A stretch of 64,000 nt of DNA from a virus (taxonomy: Duplodnaviria; Caudoviricetes), in IMG/VR virus record IMGVR_UViG_3300020152_000024, positions 1,382 to 65,381 of that record, one strand, 5' to 3'. The position numbers and the translations under genes were made by a program. The number at the start of each line of letters is the position of its first letter. The first letter of the stretch is position 1. This document shows, one piece after another, positions 18,432 to 28,952 of this stretch. The notes under the pieces are model-generated. The model was not told where the DNA came from and searched no databases. It saw nothing but the letters and a program-made list of their open reading frames with translations.

Positions 18432-19558
18432 ACGACAGTCACCGTGATGAGGCCTGCCCGCGGCAGCTGCTTGGCGCTCGCGACCACATCGGCGGTCTGG
18501 CTATTCAGCGTCACGCCGGTCACGTTGGTGATGAGATCGGAAGCGCCGTAAGCCACTTGTGCGATGCGGGTGAGGCGCACCGCCCCGCCCATGCTGAGCG
18601 CATCGATATATTGCTCAACCGCCAGCGAAACCGCCGCCATTACGGCGGCGGCGTCGGTCGTGTCCGAAAGATGGATAGAGAGGCCCACATTCACATCGAC
18701 GATGTTGGGCGCGAACACGCCGAAAGTGATGCCGACGGGACGCACGCGATCGATCGCCGCCATGACGAGGCTCAACGTCTCCGACGTGGGGCTTCCCGTG
18801 CCGTCGTTGACGATGACGTAGAAATGGCCCCGGCGCGCTTCGCCGTCATAGGTTTCGTTCTCGACCAGGACGTGCGTCAGGTTCTGCTCGAGCGAGGCGA
18901 TGGCGTAGGCCACCGCAGGTTTGACCGCGAGCGAGAGCGAGGCGATGAAGAGCTGGAAGCGGGCGCGGAAGGCGATATCGGTTTCAGGATCGGCGCCGGA
19001 AAAGAAGCTCGCCGCATTCGTCACCTGGTCAACGCCCGGGACCGCCGAAGCGATGATGGTGACCGCCCCCGCCGCGGCGTTTCCTGAAGCGCCTGGCGTT
19101 TCAGCTTCGACCGGCACCGTCACGCTGGTGACGCCGGCGCCCATCACATAGGCTTGGCGCGCGGCGACCCATGAGGAATTGCCCGTATCGAGCGCCACCA
19201 GATAGCTCTCCGAGCCGTCGGCGGTCTCGACCCGGACGTTGAGCGGGATCGAAGCTTCGCCGCTGCCGCTGAAACGCGAGAACGTCACATCGCCGAGCGC
19301 CGGCATCGCCGCTTCGCGCGACAGGCCATAATCGGCCATCCAGCTGTCGAGATCGGCGCCGCGCGAGGTCGAAGCGCGGGTGGCGGCCAGAAGATTGAGG
19401 ATGAGCCCCTGCAGCCAGAGCGCCACTTGGGCGACGGCTTCGGCCAGCGCCCGCAGGATAGAGCCGATGCTGAAATCTACCAGGCCAGAGGCCGAGCCCT
19501 GCACGGCCGTCGCCTGCTCACGCACGAGCTGTGTGTAGGTCTTCGGGATCAGCGCCAT
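18428..19558 (-). CDS. Baseplate J-like protein
   Basis: GSILRAL.EA, LDSW, G..GNA.AG, GAD.ETD..FR.R. Confidence 0.92.
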   Translation of the reverse strand: MALIPKTYTQLVREQATAVQGSASGLVDFSIGSILRALAEAVAQVALWLQGLILNLLAATRASTSRGADLDSWMADYGLSREAAMPALGDVTFSRFSGSGEASIPLNVRVETADGSESYLVALDTGNSSWVAARQAYVMGAGVTSVTVPVEAETPGASGNAAAGAVTIIASAVPGVDQVTNAASFFSGADPETDIAFRARFQLFIASLSLAVKPAVAYAIASLEQNLTHVLVENETYDGEARRGHFYVIVNDGTGSPTSETLSLVMAAIDRVRPVGITFGVFAPNIVDVNVGLSIHLSDTTDAAAVMAAVSLAVEQYIDALSMGGAVRLTRIAQVAYGASDLITNVTGVTLNSQTADVVASAKQLPRAGLITVTVV

Positions 19559-19929
19559 TACTCACTCACATCGAAAGCGAGAACGGCCCGCACGCCCGGC
19601 GCGGTTTCGTACTCGATGTTGGCGCGCACGCCGTTCGCGATCGGCGTCACCTGGATGCGCGGCGGCGGCGTCTCGCGAACAGATCGCTCCTTTAGCATTT
19701 CGCCGGCGATGAGGCCGCGCACGCGGGGCGCTTCGAGGTTCTTGCCGACTTCGCTGGGCAGGCCTGCGCCATAAGCAGGGTGCGCCAGATAATCGCCATC
19801 CGCCGTCATCAGGCGGCGAAGCACACGCTGGCGTGAGCGGACGGCGCGCTCGACGCGCATCAGATCGCCGGTGTTCGACACGATGAGGTCGCTGCCGTAC
19901 CAGTGCCCGATGTCGGCAACGTCGCTCAT
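19558..19929 (-). CDS. Baseplate wedge protein (gp25/W-like)
   Basis: QRVLRRLMT..GDY..HP.YGAGL. Confidence 0.8.
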   Translation of the reverse strand: MSDVADIGHWYGSDLIVSNTGDLMRVERAVRSRQRVLRRLMTADGDYLAHPAYGAGLPSEVGKNLEAPRVRGLIAGEMLKERSVRETPPPRIQVTPIANGVRANIEYETAPGVRAVLAFDVSE

Positions 19930-19932
19930 GGC

Positions 19933-20517
19933 CTACTCCGCTGGCTGGTCCGTCGTCTGTGTCTGGCCCGAGCCCGTATCGACACCGCCATGCTTGTGGG
20001 CGTTGTAGGTGTCGCGGAGCGCCTTCACGGTGACACCGTTGCCGGGCGTGTTGTCGGTGACGTCCTTCGTCACCGTGAGATTGCCGGTGATGTTGACGTC
20101 GCCTTCAAGCTCAAAGCCGGCGACGGCCTTGCCATAGAAGCGGCCCGAATTCTCCAGCCGCAGGCAAGTGCCGCTCTGATGCACCAGCCAGAACTCGCCT
20201 TCGGGACAATCGAGCGGGCGGTGCGCATCGTCGAAGATCGCCCCGGTGATGATGCCGATCTCCGGATTTGACTCCGAGAAGATCACCTCAACCTGTGTGC
20301 CCACCGGGATCGGCGCAAAGAGCCCCCAGCCTGCCCCGACCCACACCGAAGCGATAGGAAGCCAGCCTGTCTCGACGCCGTCGGGCTCGATGCGCACCTT
20401 GGCGCAGTAATTGGCGCTGTCGAGCGAGGTGATGACGCCAAGGCATGGATCTGTGTAAGCGCCCCGCGCCAGCATCGCTTGGCGGCGCATGTGATCTTGC
20501 AAGCCGGCGACGCTCAT
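19933..20517 (-). CDS. Baseplate spike gpV
   Basis: ETGWLP..S.W.G.GWG; C-terminal H.H.GV..G. Confidence 0.9.
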   Translation of the reverse strand: MSVAGLQDHMRRQAMLARGAYTDPCLGVITSLDSANYCAKVRIEPDGVETGWLPIASVWVGAGWGLFAPIPVGTQVEVIFSESNPEIGIITGAIFDDAHRPLDCPEGEFWLVHQSGTCLRLENSGRFYGKAVAGFELEGDVNITGNLTVTKDVTDNTPGNGVTVKALRDTYNAHKHGGVDTGSGQTQTTDQPAE

Positions 20518-21560
20518 GACTTACCCCGGCTCTGGTTTTTGGCTTCGACGCTCCAGCAATAGCCTTCGCGCGCATTGAGCCACCGGCGGATCGCTTCAGG
20601 ATAGAACACCTGATCGAACGGACCCGCGCCGCGCACCTGGATGACATCGGCAAGCGAAAGATCATCGCCCGCCGGTCCATCGAACCGGAGCCGCATCGCG
20701 TGCTGCGTCAGCTCGGTGTAAATCTGCTCAGCGCGCGCTTGCGCCTGATCGGCGGTGAGGCCGGGGATTGAATACTCATACTGCGGATCAGAATCGCCCC
20801 CTGGCCCGGCCCGCTTTACATGGCGCACGCCTTGGCGATGGTTCCAGGAGCGCACGGTCACGCGAATGTCACGCGCGAGGTTGAGGGCCTTTTCCAATTT
20901 GACGCGCGTCTGATCAGCGCTGGGCGGCCCGCCTATCGCCTTCGGCGCGCGCCATTCGACCAGATAGGGCTCTTGCTCTGCGCTCGGGCGCGGGCCGAAC
21001 ACCAGCTCGCGGCCGCGCACATAGACGACAAAATCTTCTTCGCGCGCGAGCCAGGTCAGCAAGTCCCACTCGCTGCGCCGGCTTTGCTGGCGCACCTGAT
21101 CGATTTGATAATAGGACCCGATCCGGGTCCGCGTCTCTGTGACGACGGGCGTCAGCCCATGCTTGGCGGCAAGCTCGGTCACAACGCGCGATGCGGTTGA
21201 ATTGGTGTAGCGCTCGCTGGTGCGGCTATCGATCAGGCTTGCGGTGAGATCGCGCGCGTTGAGGATGATGGCTTGGCCGTTGAGGTCGTACTCGAAGCGG
21301 TCAATCTTGCCGAAGAAGATCGACGGCAGCTGCGCAGCGGTGAACTTGCCCCCATCGGTGAGCCCTGCCCGGACCTCGACATCGAAGCTCGGCTGGCCAG
21401 CGAGCCAATCCAGGCCCCGATCTGCCGGCAGTTGCGAAACCGGCAGCAGGATGCGCGCCTTGTCCGCTTCGGCGAAGGCGTTGTTCTCGACTTCGAACTC
21501 GGTATAGGGCGCTGAGACGCCGTCCAGCAGGACCGCGCCGCGCGGATGGCGGACGTTCAT
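20514..21560 (-). CDS. Baseplate hub (gpD/gp27-like)
   Basis: ARDLTA.LID, SEWDLL..LA.EE; gene order. Confidence 0.8.
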   Translation of the reverse strand: MNVRHPRGAVLLDGVSAPYTEFEVENNAFAEADKARILLPVSQLPADRGLDWLAGQPSFDVEVRAGLTDGGKFTAAQLPSIFFGKIDRFEYDLNGQAIILNARDLTASLIDSRTSERYTNSTASRVVTELAAKHGLTPVVTETRTRIGSYYQIDQVRQQSRRSEWDLLTWLAREEDFVVYVRGRELVFGPRPSAEQEPYLVEWRAPKAIGGPPSADQTRVKLEKALNLARDIRVTVRSWNHRQGVRHVKRAGPGGDSDPQYEYSIPGLTADQAQARAEQIYTELTQHAMRLRFDGPAGDDLSLADVIQVRGAGPFDQVFYPEAIRRWLNAREGYCWSVEAKNQSRGKS

Positions 21561-22531
21561 CCGCCGGGACCAGGCGCGGCCGTCAGCACACCATCGGCGC
21601 CGCTCGCGGCAGGCGGCAGTATCAGCTCTTTGACGCCGCTGATCATCGGATCGGTTTCGCCATTGGCGCGGGCGATATCGACCCAAGCCGCGGCGTCGCC
21701 ATAGCGGTCGGCCGCGAGCTGGTAGAGGTCGCCGCCCGCCTGGACGATGACCTCGCCGCTGGCGCCGATCGATCGCAGGTTCGTGGTGATGCGCGAGAGC
21801 GTGCTATCGAGCGCATAAAGCTCGCCAAGCTGGCCCATGCTGGTGAGTTGATTGGCAAAGCCGTCAGCGGTGTCGGCGATGCGCCCAAGCGCCCCCGACA
21901 TGATCGCGCCAACAGGATCCTCGCCAATATTCTCGATGTTGCGGATGATGCTTTGAACCGTATCGCGCGCTTCAAGCACCGGGGCGATCACGCGCTGGAT
22001 TTCCTCGGTTGTCGAAGTGACGAAGTTCTGCACATCGCGCACGGTGTCGGCGATGGAACGGATAGCCCCGGTTACGCTGTCCAGATTGATCCGGCCGGCG
22101 CGGTCGGAAGCGTCGGCGACATCGCCTTTAATGGCGCGGTCGGCATCGACCGGTTCGGCGCTTTTGGGCCGACCGTTATTCTGCACCACCAAGCAGGTGA
22201 TCCGGTACGGGATCATGTAGAAGCGCTGGAAGTCCAGTTCGAGCGTTTCGATCACGACCGTATAGGATTGTTCGTGCCACTTAAGCTTCAGCGGCAAACC
22301 TGCGACGCGCATGGTGTCGAGCTGGAGCGCGCGGGCATAGGCGTTCGCGCCTTGGAAGAGCCCCGACCAGGATTTGTCGCGCTCGACCGCGCCCATCACG
22401 TCGATAACCTTGCCGCCGCCCGGCAATAGATGCGTGTTCAGCATCTGATTGCCGCCGAACGGCATTTCCGCCGGCACTTCAAAGCGCTCGAAGGCGAACT
22501 CGCCCAGCGTGACGACGAAATCGGGCTTCAT
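21557..22531 (-). CDS. Tail tube initiator with C-terminal LysM-like domain
   Basis: GDLYQLAA..YGDA..W..IA.AN. Confidence 0.75.
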   Translation of the reverse strand: MKPDFVVTLGEFAFERFEVPAEMPFGGNQMLNTHLLPGGGKVIDVMGAVERDKSWSGLFQGANAYARALQLDTMRVAGLPLKLKWHEQSYTVVIETLELDFQRFYMIPYRITCLVVQNNGRPKSAEPVDADRAIKGDVADASDRAGRINLDSVTGAIRSIADTVRDVQNFVTSTTEEIQRVIAPVLEARDTVQSIIRNIENIGEDPVGAIMSGALGRIADTADGFANQLTSMGQLGELYALDSTLSRITTNLRSIGASGEVIVQAGGDLYQLAADRYGDAAAWVDIARANGETDPMISGVKELILPPAASGADGVLTAAPGPGG

Positions 22532-22543
22532 CGGGAAGCCTCC

Positions 22544-24697
22544 TTAGCGCGGGGCGTAGGGCATCGCAGCGGGCGGCGCGGCGCGATTCTGATCCGGCCG
22601 TGCGGCGGCGACGGCTGCAGAGCGCATATCGCTGTTCATGCGGTCGGCGACCACCGAACCGACGATGCGGCCGTCGAGATAGACATCGCCGCTGGGCGTG
22701 TTCTCATTAGATGGCCGCAGCCGAACGTAAGGCGACGGACCCTCTCGATTGACCCAAGGCGGCGTGGCGTCCGCGCCGCGATCGCCATACCAACTTCCGT
22801 TTGCGTTGAAGCCTCGCGTGAGCGCCTCGTTTGCTGCATCACTCTGACGGCGAAACTCCCACCACCTGCGCGTCGCTTCATAATCCTCTGGAGCTTGAAA
22901 GCGCGCGGTGGCCCAGGCGTCACGAACTGATGGCTGGCCCGACGGATTGAGGGCGGGATTGCCGGTTTCCCACCAACGCGCGAGCATGGCCGTGACACTG
23001 TGCGGCGCCACGATGGCCGGACGACCATCGCTACCAGTGAGCCGCTCTAGCAGCGGCCGCGCCTTCTCCGTAAGCCAGTCGAGCATCCGAGAGAGATGCC
23101 CGATTATTCCATCGACAGCGTTTCGGAACGGCTCGACATTGTCGTAAAACCACTTGCCCAGCAATCCGAGCGCAATCACAAGCCCACCGATCAACAGCGC
23201 CGGCCAGCCAAGCACGCCTGCGAGGGCCGTCAGCGCTGGGATGAGCCCCATCGACAGCATCCGAATACCCGCAAGCAGAGCGCCACGGCCAAACAGCAAA
23301 CTCAATGCCAACCCCAGGCCCCGGAACGCCGCCGAAAGCAAAAGCACAACGCCACCGAACAACATCGAACCCGACAACGCGACAAATGCAGTCACCAGCA
23401 CGCGCACCTTACCCGGATTGCGCGTAACCCACTGCTCCATGCTTTCGAGCATCGGCACTAGAGCCTGCATGCCGGCGACCGCCATCGGCAGCACGGCTTG
23501 ACCCAACCGGACCATCAGGTCGTGCCACTTCTTCGAGGTGCCGATCTCAAGCCCGCGCTCGGTATCCATTGCAGCGTAATAGGCTTGGTCGATGTTCATC
23601 GCGCCGCGCGCCATCGTGATGCCGCGATTGATCACGCCGTTCTGCACGCGGAAGATGTCGAGCAGACGCGAACCGGTGCGGCCGCCGATCAGCGAGTTGG
23701 TGCGGAAGAACTCGGCTTCGGTGTCGATGCCGGCGCGCGCATAAGCTGGCGCAAGCACTTCGTTGTACCAGCGATAGGGATCGCTGATGAGAAGGTCTTG
23801 GCCCATCAGCGGGCTTGCGCCCGGCCGATAGCGGCGAAAGCCCCCGCGATGGTCAAACTCGACGCCAGAGCGATCGAGCAAGCCCAGGCGCAGCATTTCT
23901 TCGCCCGCGAGCTTGCCGCCGGAGCCCACGAACTGACCGAGCGACAAACGCCGCGCCAGCGTCTGCCAAGCCGTACCCGCGCGCGGGCCGCCCATCTCCT
24001 GGATGATCGGCTCAAAGGCGAAGAAGAGCGCTTCGTTCGAAAGCGAGCGGCCCGTGGTGCCGGCCGTCTGCATGAACGCCAACAGCGCTTGCGGATTGAC
24101 CCGGTTGCCAGAGGTCGTGATCGCCTGGAAGGCGTAGTTCATCTGCTCGCGGGCCGCCTCTTCCGAGACGAGACCGCCGCGCAATTCCATCACGCGCAAG
24201 AGGTCCATGAACTGACGCTCATTCTGAGCGTGGCCGCCATGCTCGCCGCCGTAGAGCGTCTCCATCGCAAAGCGCATGCGCGCCAGCGTCGGCGTCACCA
24301 TCTCGGCATGGTGCATGTCGCCGCGGAAGACGGTCGCGGCGTCGCGGAAGAGCGCCATCTTCTCCGTCAGCGAGGTGCCGATTTCATCCATCGCCGCGGT
24401 GAAGTGGAGCGCTTCCTCGCGGGCATGGTCGCCGAGCCCGAGCGCATTGAAGCGCGCGACTTCAGTGTTGAAATTGCGCGCCGCTTCGTACGGCCCGCGC
24501 AAGGTCATCAGCCCAAAGAGGCCGACGGCGCCCACGGCAAAGCCCGACATCGCGGTCAACCGGATTTGGTTGAGCTGTCGCTGCAGCGCCGCGGCGTGGC
24601 CGTGCGTGCGCGCGAACTGGTGCGACAAATGCACCAAGCCGCCCGACACATGGTCGAGCAGACGAAGGCGGACCGCGACGTGATAGGCCTCGAACAT
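22544..24697 (-). CDS. Tape measure protein
   Basis: Long helical protein with hydrophobic stretches; position in the tail operon. Confidence 0.85.
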   Translation of the reverse strand: MFEAYHVAVRLRLLDHVSGGLVHLSHQFARTHGHAAALQRQLNQIRLTAMSGFAVGAVGLFGLMTLRGPYEAARNFNTEVARFNALGLGDHAREEALHFTAAMDEIGTSLTEKMALFRDAATVFRGDMHHAEMVTPTLARMRFAMETLYGGEHGGHAQNERQFMDLLRVMELRGGLVSEEAAREQMNYAFQAITTSGNRVNPQALLAFMQTAGTTGRSLSNEALFFAFEPIIQEMGGPRAGTAWQTLARRLSLGQFVGSGGKLAGEEMLRLGLLDRSGVEFDHRGGFRRYRPGASPLMGQDLLISDPYRWYNEVLAPAYARAGIDTEAEFFRTNSLIGGRTGSRLLDIFRVQNGVINRGITMARGAMNIDQAYYAAMDTERGLEIGTSKKWHDLMVRLGQAVLPMAVAGMQALVPMLESMEQWVTRNPGKVRVLVTAFVALSGSMLFGGVVLLLSAAFRGLGLALSLLFGRGALLAGIRMLSMGLIPALTALAGVLGWPALLIGGLVIALGLLGKWFYDNVEPFRNAVDGIIGHLSRMLDWLTEKARPLLERLTGSDGRPAIVAPHSVTAMLARWWETGNPALNPSGQPSVRDAWATARFQAPEDYEATRRWWEFRRQSDAANEALTRGFNANGSWYGDRGADATPPWVNREGPSPYVRLRPSNENTPSGDVYLDGRIVGSVVADRMNSDMRSAAVAAARPDQNRAAPPAAMPYAPR

Positions 24698-24788
24698 GGG
24701 CCAAAGAGTGCGAGCCGCGCCGCTGGCGCGGACTGGGCGCTGACGGAATTGGTTGCCGGGCCGCCAGAGCGCCCTAGCGTGGCCGTCG

Positions 24789-25112
24789 ATGGCCCGCCGC
24801 GCCCGATCCTACGCCCGCGACTTCGAAGACCTCCATGGTCAAGCCTGGCCGCCGCACGAGGCGTCGCGCCCAGAGGGACCGCGGCCAGAAAAGCCGCGTG
24901 TCGTGCACGTGATCGACGAAAACGGCGTCGTTCTGGAAACGCGGCAAGAACCGCACAGGCAAGACCGGCTTCCGCGCGTGCGCCTCAACCTCCCTGCCCG
25001 CATCTTCGCCGTGATCGCGATCCTCTACAGCATGGGCGTTGCCGCCGCCGCGTTCGGTGTCGTCGGCGTGCTGGCGTTCGTGTTTCTCTCAGCCCTGTTT
25101 GGGGCGCCTTAG
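24789..25112 (+). CDS. Small membrane protein, antisense insert in the tail operon
   Basis: Two C-terminal TM segments; opposite strand. Confidence 0.55.
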   Translation: MARRARSYARDFEDLHGQAWPPHEASRPEGPRPEKPRVVHVIDENGVVLETRQEPHRQDRLPRVRLNLPARIFAVIAILYSMGVAAAAFGVVGVLAFVFLSALFGAP

Positions 25113-25484
25113 CGCATCGCGCTGCACCCAGCCTTCGCCAACGCCTTCAAGCCGCACGCGCACGAGGCTCGGGCGCGCGCCGACGCCTAAGACGGTCGCC
25201 CGCAGCGGCGCACCTGCCCGCCAGCAGCCAGTGATGAGCGGCGCATCCGGGGCGGCCAACGCCGCATCGATCGATTGCTCAAAGAGCGCCTCTGAGCTGC
25301 AGAACCGCGCGCCGACGCCAAGCACCAGCTCATCGCCTTCGGCGACCGCCGCCGCTGACGGCCGCAGCGCCAGCCATAGGAAGGCTGCGAGCGCCAGCGC
25401 CGCCAGGATTGCGATGGTCGCGATCATCGGGAACGCCCTTGCGCGCTCACGCGCGCGATCTCGAGCTGTCGCCATGCCCTTCAC
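25089..25484 (-). CDS. Membrane-anchored hypothetical protein (SH3-like C-terminus possible)
   Basis: One TM; VRVRLEG..EGWV. Confidence 0.55.
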   Translation of the reverse strand: MKGMATARDRARERARAFPMIATIAILAALALAAFLWLALRPSAAAVAEGDELVLGVGARFCSSEALFEQSIDAALAAPDAPLITGCWRAGAPLRATVLGVGARPSLVRVRLEGVGEGWVQRDALRRPKQG

Positions 25485-25536
25485 TCCGACCCGGCGCCAG
25501 CCAAAGCCAGCGCCGCGCGGCCGTCAAGGCAAACCG

Positions 25537-26070
25537 TCACCAGGATTGGATATCCACATCATCGCCCGGCCGGCCGATTGCTCGACCGTCGCGCCGGCCG
25601 AGATCGACGTCCAGGACGCCCGACATGGCGACATTGCCGAGAATCCGCTGCACCGCATCGCGGCTCTCGAAAGCGGCGGGACCAAGCACCGGGCGCGGCG
25701 GAATGTGTCCGTCACGCGTGCCCAATTCCTGATACGCCATGACCGGGTCTTCCGAACCGATGGCCGCCTCAAGGCCCCAGACTTCGTGATTGATCGACTT
25801 ACGCAGCTCTCCGGAACGCACCAACGGATCGTTTTCGGTGTACCCTGCACCGACACGTTGGGCCTTAGTGCTATCGGCAAGCTCGACCCAGCCGGCATAG
25901 CCGCCGACGGACGGCTGGTAATCGCCCATTTTCGCCTTGGCGTTGGCTTCAATCACGCGCGACGCGGCATGAAGGCCCGCTTGTGCGCGCGCATAGAAGC
26001 GCACCGCCGCGCCCGCGAAGTGACCCGCCGCTTGTCCGAGATCGAGTTGGCGAACGCCGTGCATCAGCAT
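25537..26070 (-). CDS. Virion morphogenesis/tail completion protein (HK97 gp10-like)
   Basis: L.RSGELR.SI, YQELGT...IPPRPVL.PA. Confidence 0.75.
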   Translation of the reverse strand: MLMHGVRQLDLGQAAGHFAGAAVRFYARAQAGLHAASRVIEANAKAKMGDYQPSVGGYAGWVELADSTKAQRVGAGYTENDPLVRSGELRKSINHEVWGLEAAIGSEDPVMAYQELGTRDGHIPPRPVLGPAAFESRDAVQRILGNVAMSGVLDVDLGRRDGRAIGRPGDDVDIQSW

Positions 26071-26791
26071 CACTTTTGCTCCTCAAACGTGAAGCTGTCC
26101 CAGTTGAATTTACTGCCGTGAAAGCCGGAGAAGACGATGGAGAACGCCGCGCGCGTCTCCTCATTCATCTGGATGGCGGTCTCCAACGGGATGTTGTTGA
26201 ACACCAGCCACAGCACCTCCTGAATGGCGCTGTGGCAGGCTATTTTTTTATTTCGAGTTTCTGCGCCTCCAGGACCTCATCGGCGGTGAGGATGCGCGGC
26301 TGGCCCGTCAATGGATCCGGCACCACGCCGTTGAAGTGCTTGGTGACGGCAAGACAGACATTGCCGACGCCTTCTTCGTCGAGACGCTGGATCAGCGCTT
26401 CGACTTCGCGGTCGGTTTGCGGAAAACCGATAGGATGCGCCCCTTCCCCGTCGCCGTCGTCGATGCTCTTGATGTAGAGCAGCGGCAAGATCATCTGCAT
26501 GTAGGTATGGTTGGCCGCGAGCGGGCCAAGCATCTTCGTCAGACGAAACTGCGCCAACACGCCAGGCTTGCCGAGCGTGATGACGCGGCCGCGCGAATCG
26601 GGCGGCAGGCGCACCTCCTTGTCGCCTTCGAGAAAGAGCCGCAGCACATCGGCTGACGAATTCTGCGCCGGCTGCGCGGACGCCACCGATGCGGTCGCCA
26701 CGCCCTCAGCCGCTCGCGGCGCATCCTCCGTCGTCTCGGTGTCGTGCACGATGACTTTAGCCGCCGCGGCGGCTGTTGGTTTTCTGGCCAC
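26070..26791 (-). CDS. Tail assembly chaperone G (26240-26791) and -1 frameshift product GT (to 26070)
   Basis: ATA AAA AAA TAG slippery site; the -1 frame stays open (IACHSAIQEVLWLVFNNIP...EEQK) to TGA at 26070-26072. Confidence 0.8.
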
Positions 26792-26802
26792 TTGGGCGCT
26801 CC

Positions 26803-27234
26803 TTAGCTGACTTTGATGCGGCGCGAGGCGAAGGCGGTCGTCTTCTGCTTCACCGTGGTGAGGCCTTCCTTGGCGCCCGCGCTGTCGTACTTCAGCATCG
26901 CGTTGACATAGCGATACTGCGAGACCTTGCCGTCGGGTTCGGTGATCGTCTCCGTCACCGACAGCGGTTGGAGGTTTTCGCCGCGATAGAACGCGGCTTC
27001 CCGCTCGGCGAAATAATCATCGATCTCCGGACCTTGACGCTCATAATCCCAGGAGAGGTTCCAGCCCGCCGGGACCTCGAGCCCATCGACGACGCCGTCC
27101 ATGCGGTTGACCTTCGAGGACTGGAATTCCGGCTTCGCCTCGAAGCCGGTTTTGACCTTGAAGCGCAGCGGGCCGTTCGGGCCGATAAGGTCCACCACGA
27201 TATCGCGGCCGACGGTGTAACCGTTGACGCTCAT
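26803..27234 (-). CDS. Tail tube protein
   Basis: 143 aa directly after the sheath gene; AGGAG RBS. Confidence 0.8.
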   Translation of the reverse strand: MSVNGYTVGRDIVVDLIGPNGPLRFKVKTGFEAKPEFQSSKVNRMDGVVDGLEVPAGWNLSWDYERQGPEIDDYFAEREAAFYRGENLQPLSVTETITEPDGKVSQYRYVNAMLKYDSAGAKEGLTTVKQKTTAFASRRIKVS

Positions 27235-27321
27235 TGCGTTCTCCTGAAGATGATGATCGATCGATCAAACTGCGAGATATGACCGAGCGGGTATGGCTTG
27301 GCGGCGATACCCGTTCGGGTA

Positions 27322-28884
27322 TTAGGCCGCGAGCTGCGTCGTCAGGCGGTCGATGCGCACGCCCTGCCCGCCCTGCACGTTGGCCACGAAATGCTCGACC
27401 ACCGAGAGATAGGTCACCTTGCAATCGGCCTGCATGATGCCCTGCGCCACGCGATGCACCGGATTGTTCGTGCCTGCCTTTTGCGGATCGTCGATCCTGT
27501 TCTGGAAGTCGTCGATCATGTTGGCGAACTGCATGCCCTCGAACAGCGCATCGAGCGACACCTTGGCCTCGCGGCGGGTATCGTCGCCCGGCTGCTGCGA
27601 TTGATTGCGGCCGACAAAGCGCCCGAGCCCTGCGTCGAGGGTGGCGGCGATGTAGTTCGTCATCCGCGTGTAAGTGTCGTTGTGGATGTCGTGGCGCGAA
27701 GCGGCGTTGCGCCCAAAGCGCGCCGCGAAATAGCGCCCGCCGGGCACGGGATTGGTGATGACATCGATGCCGGCGACGCCAAGCTGCTGCAGTTCGGCGG
27801 CGCTATAGACCTGGTTAGCGAACGTCTTCTGTGTGCCGACGATGCCGTAGAGCGGCTTGTTGAGGCTCGACACTTCCGGGCTCGAGTTCGCCAGAGCGCC
27901 GGCGACAAAGCCTTGCGGGCTGATCAGGCGCGTCTGGCCGTTCACGGTGTCCTGGAAGTAGCACCAGTCGCCGTGCAGAATCTTGATCGCATAGCTGTCG
28001 ATGCCAGCCGTGGCCTTGAGGTCCACCACGCCCGTCGTGCCGTTGGCGATGGCTACGCCCGCAGGCGCGACAGCGATCATGTAGATGCCTTCGGCGACGC
28101 CGAACGCCGTCTGCGCCGCCCAGGTCGTGCTGTCGTCGAGATCGGCCAGAAGCGCGATCGACGCGCCCGCGCTGCGCAGCGCATACATGCCCGTGCGGCC
28201 GCCGGCAGTGTCGGCCCCTACCAGATCGTCCTTATCGACGCCGGTTGCGCCATCGGCGCCGTTCGCGAGCGTGTAGGTCGCCGTCGCCGGCGCAGTAACG
28301 CCGACGCCGGCCGTCGCCACGATCAGCTCAGACGGCCCCCGCGCGCCCACTTGACCCAGATTGATCGCGTTGGCGATAGCGGCCCAAAGCGCCGCGCCCG
28401 ATACGCCAAGGCCGATATTGTCGAACACTTCCGGCATCCGGCCCGAGCGCAGCACGGTCGCTTTGAACGTGCCCGTCTGTGCGCCCGGCTCGATGCGCAC
28501 TTGATCGCCGTTGGCGCGCGAGCCGGTGTATTTCGAGGTGAAGGTGATGCAATTGGTCTGGACCGCGATCGATGCGGCCACATCGGTGCCGTCAGTGACG
28601 CGCACGCCCAGAATGTTGTTCGCGCCTTGCAGGACAGCCGCGGCCATCGCCGTCAGCATGTCATACTTGCGCGCATTGATCGGGCCGAACAGCGCCGCGG
28701 CGTCTTCCATCGTCGAGATGGGCGCCGGCGAATTCTTCGGGCCCCAGGAGGCCGAACCGACGATGCCCAGCACGTTGGAGGGCACGCCATTGAGCTGCGT
28801 CACGTTCGGCGGCTGGATGACGACGTGAAGATCGGGGACGATGAGCGCGGTGAGATTGAGCGCGCCGGCGGCGTAGATGGTCAT
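27322..28884 (-). CDS. Tail sheath protein
   Basis: GIVG.ASWGP.N, SP..S..NK.L.G, RMTNYI. Confidence 0.88.
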   Translation of the reverse strand: MTIYAAGALNLTALIVPDLHVVIQPPNVTQLNGVPSNVLGIVGSASWGPKNSPAPISTMEDAAALFGPINARKYDMLTAMAAAVLQGANNILGVRVTDGTDVAASIAVQTNCITFTSKYTGSRANGDQVRIEPGAQTGTFKATVLRSGRMPEVFDNIGLGVSGAALWAAIANAINLGQVGARGPSELIVATAGVGVTAPATATYTLANGADGATGVDKDDLVGADTAGGRTGMYALRSAGASIALLADLDDSTTWAAQTAFGVAEGIYMIAVAPAGVAIANGTTGVVDLKATAGIDSYAIKILHGDWCYFQDTVNGQTRLISPQGFVAGALANSSPEVSSLNKPLYGIVGTQKTFANQVYSAAELQQLGVAGIDVITNPVPGGRYFAARFGRNAASRHDIHNDTYTRMTNYIAATLDAGLGRFVGRNQSQQPGDDTRREAKVSLDALFEGMQFANMIDDFQNRIDDPQKAGTNNPVHRVAQGIMQADCKVTYLSVVEHFVANVQGGQGVRIDRLTTQLAA

Positions 28885-28952
28885 GGGGTCAAGCTCCTTT
28901 GGGCTTCACTTCGACCGCGTTGGCGCGGCGCGGAATTTCAGGCTGGTTCGGG

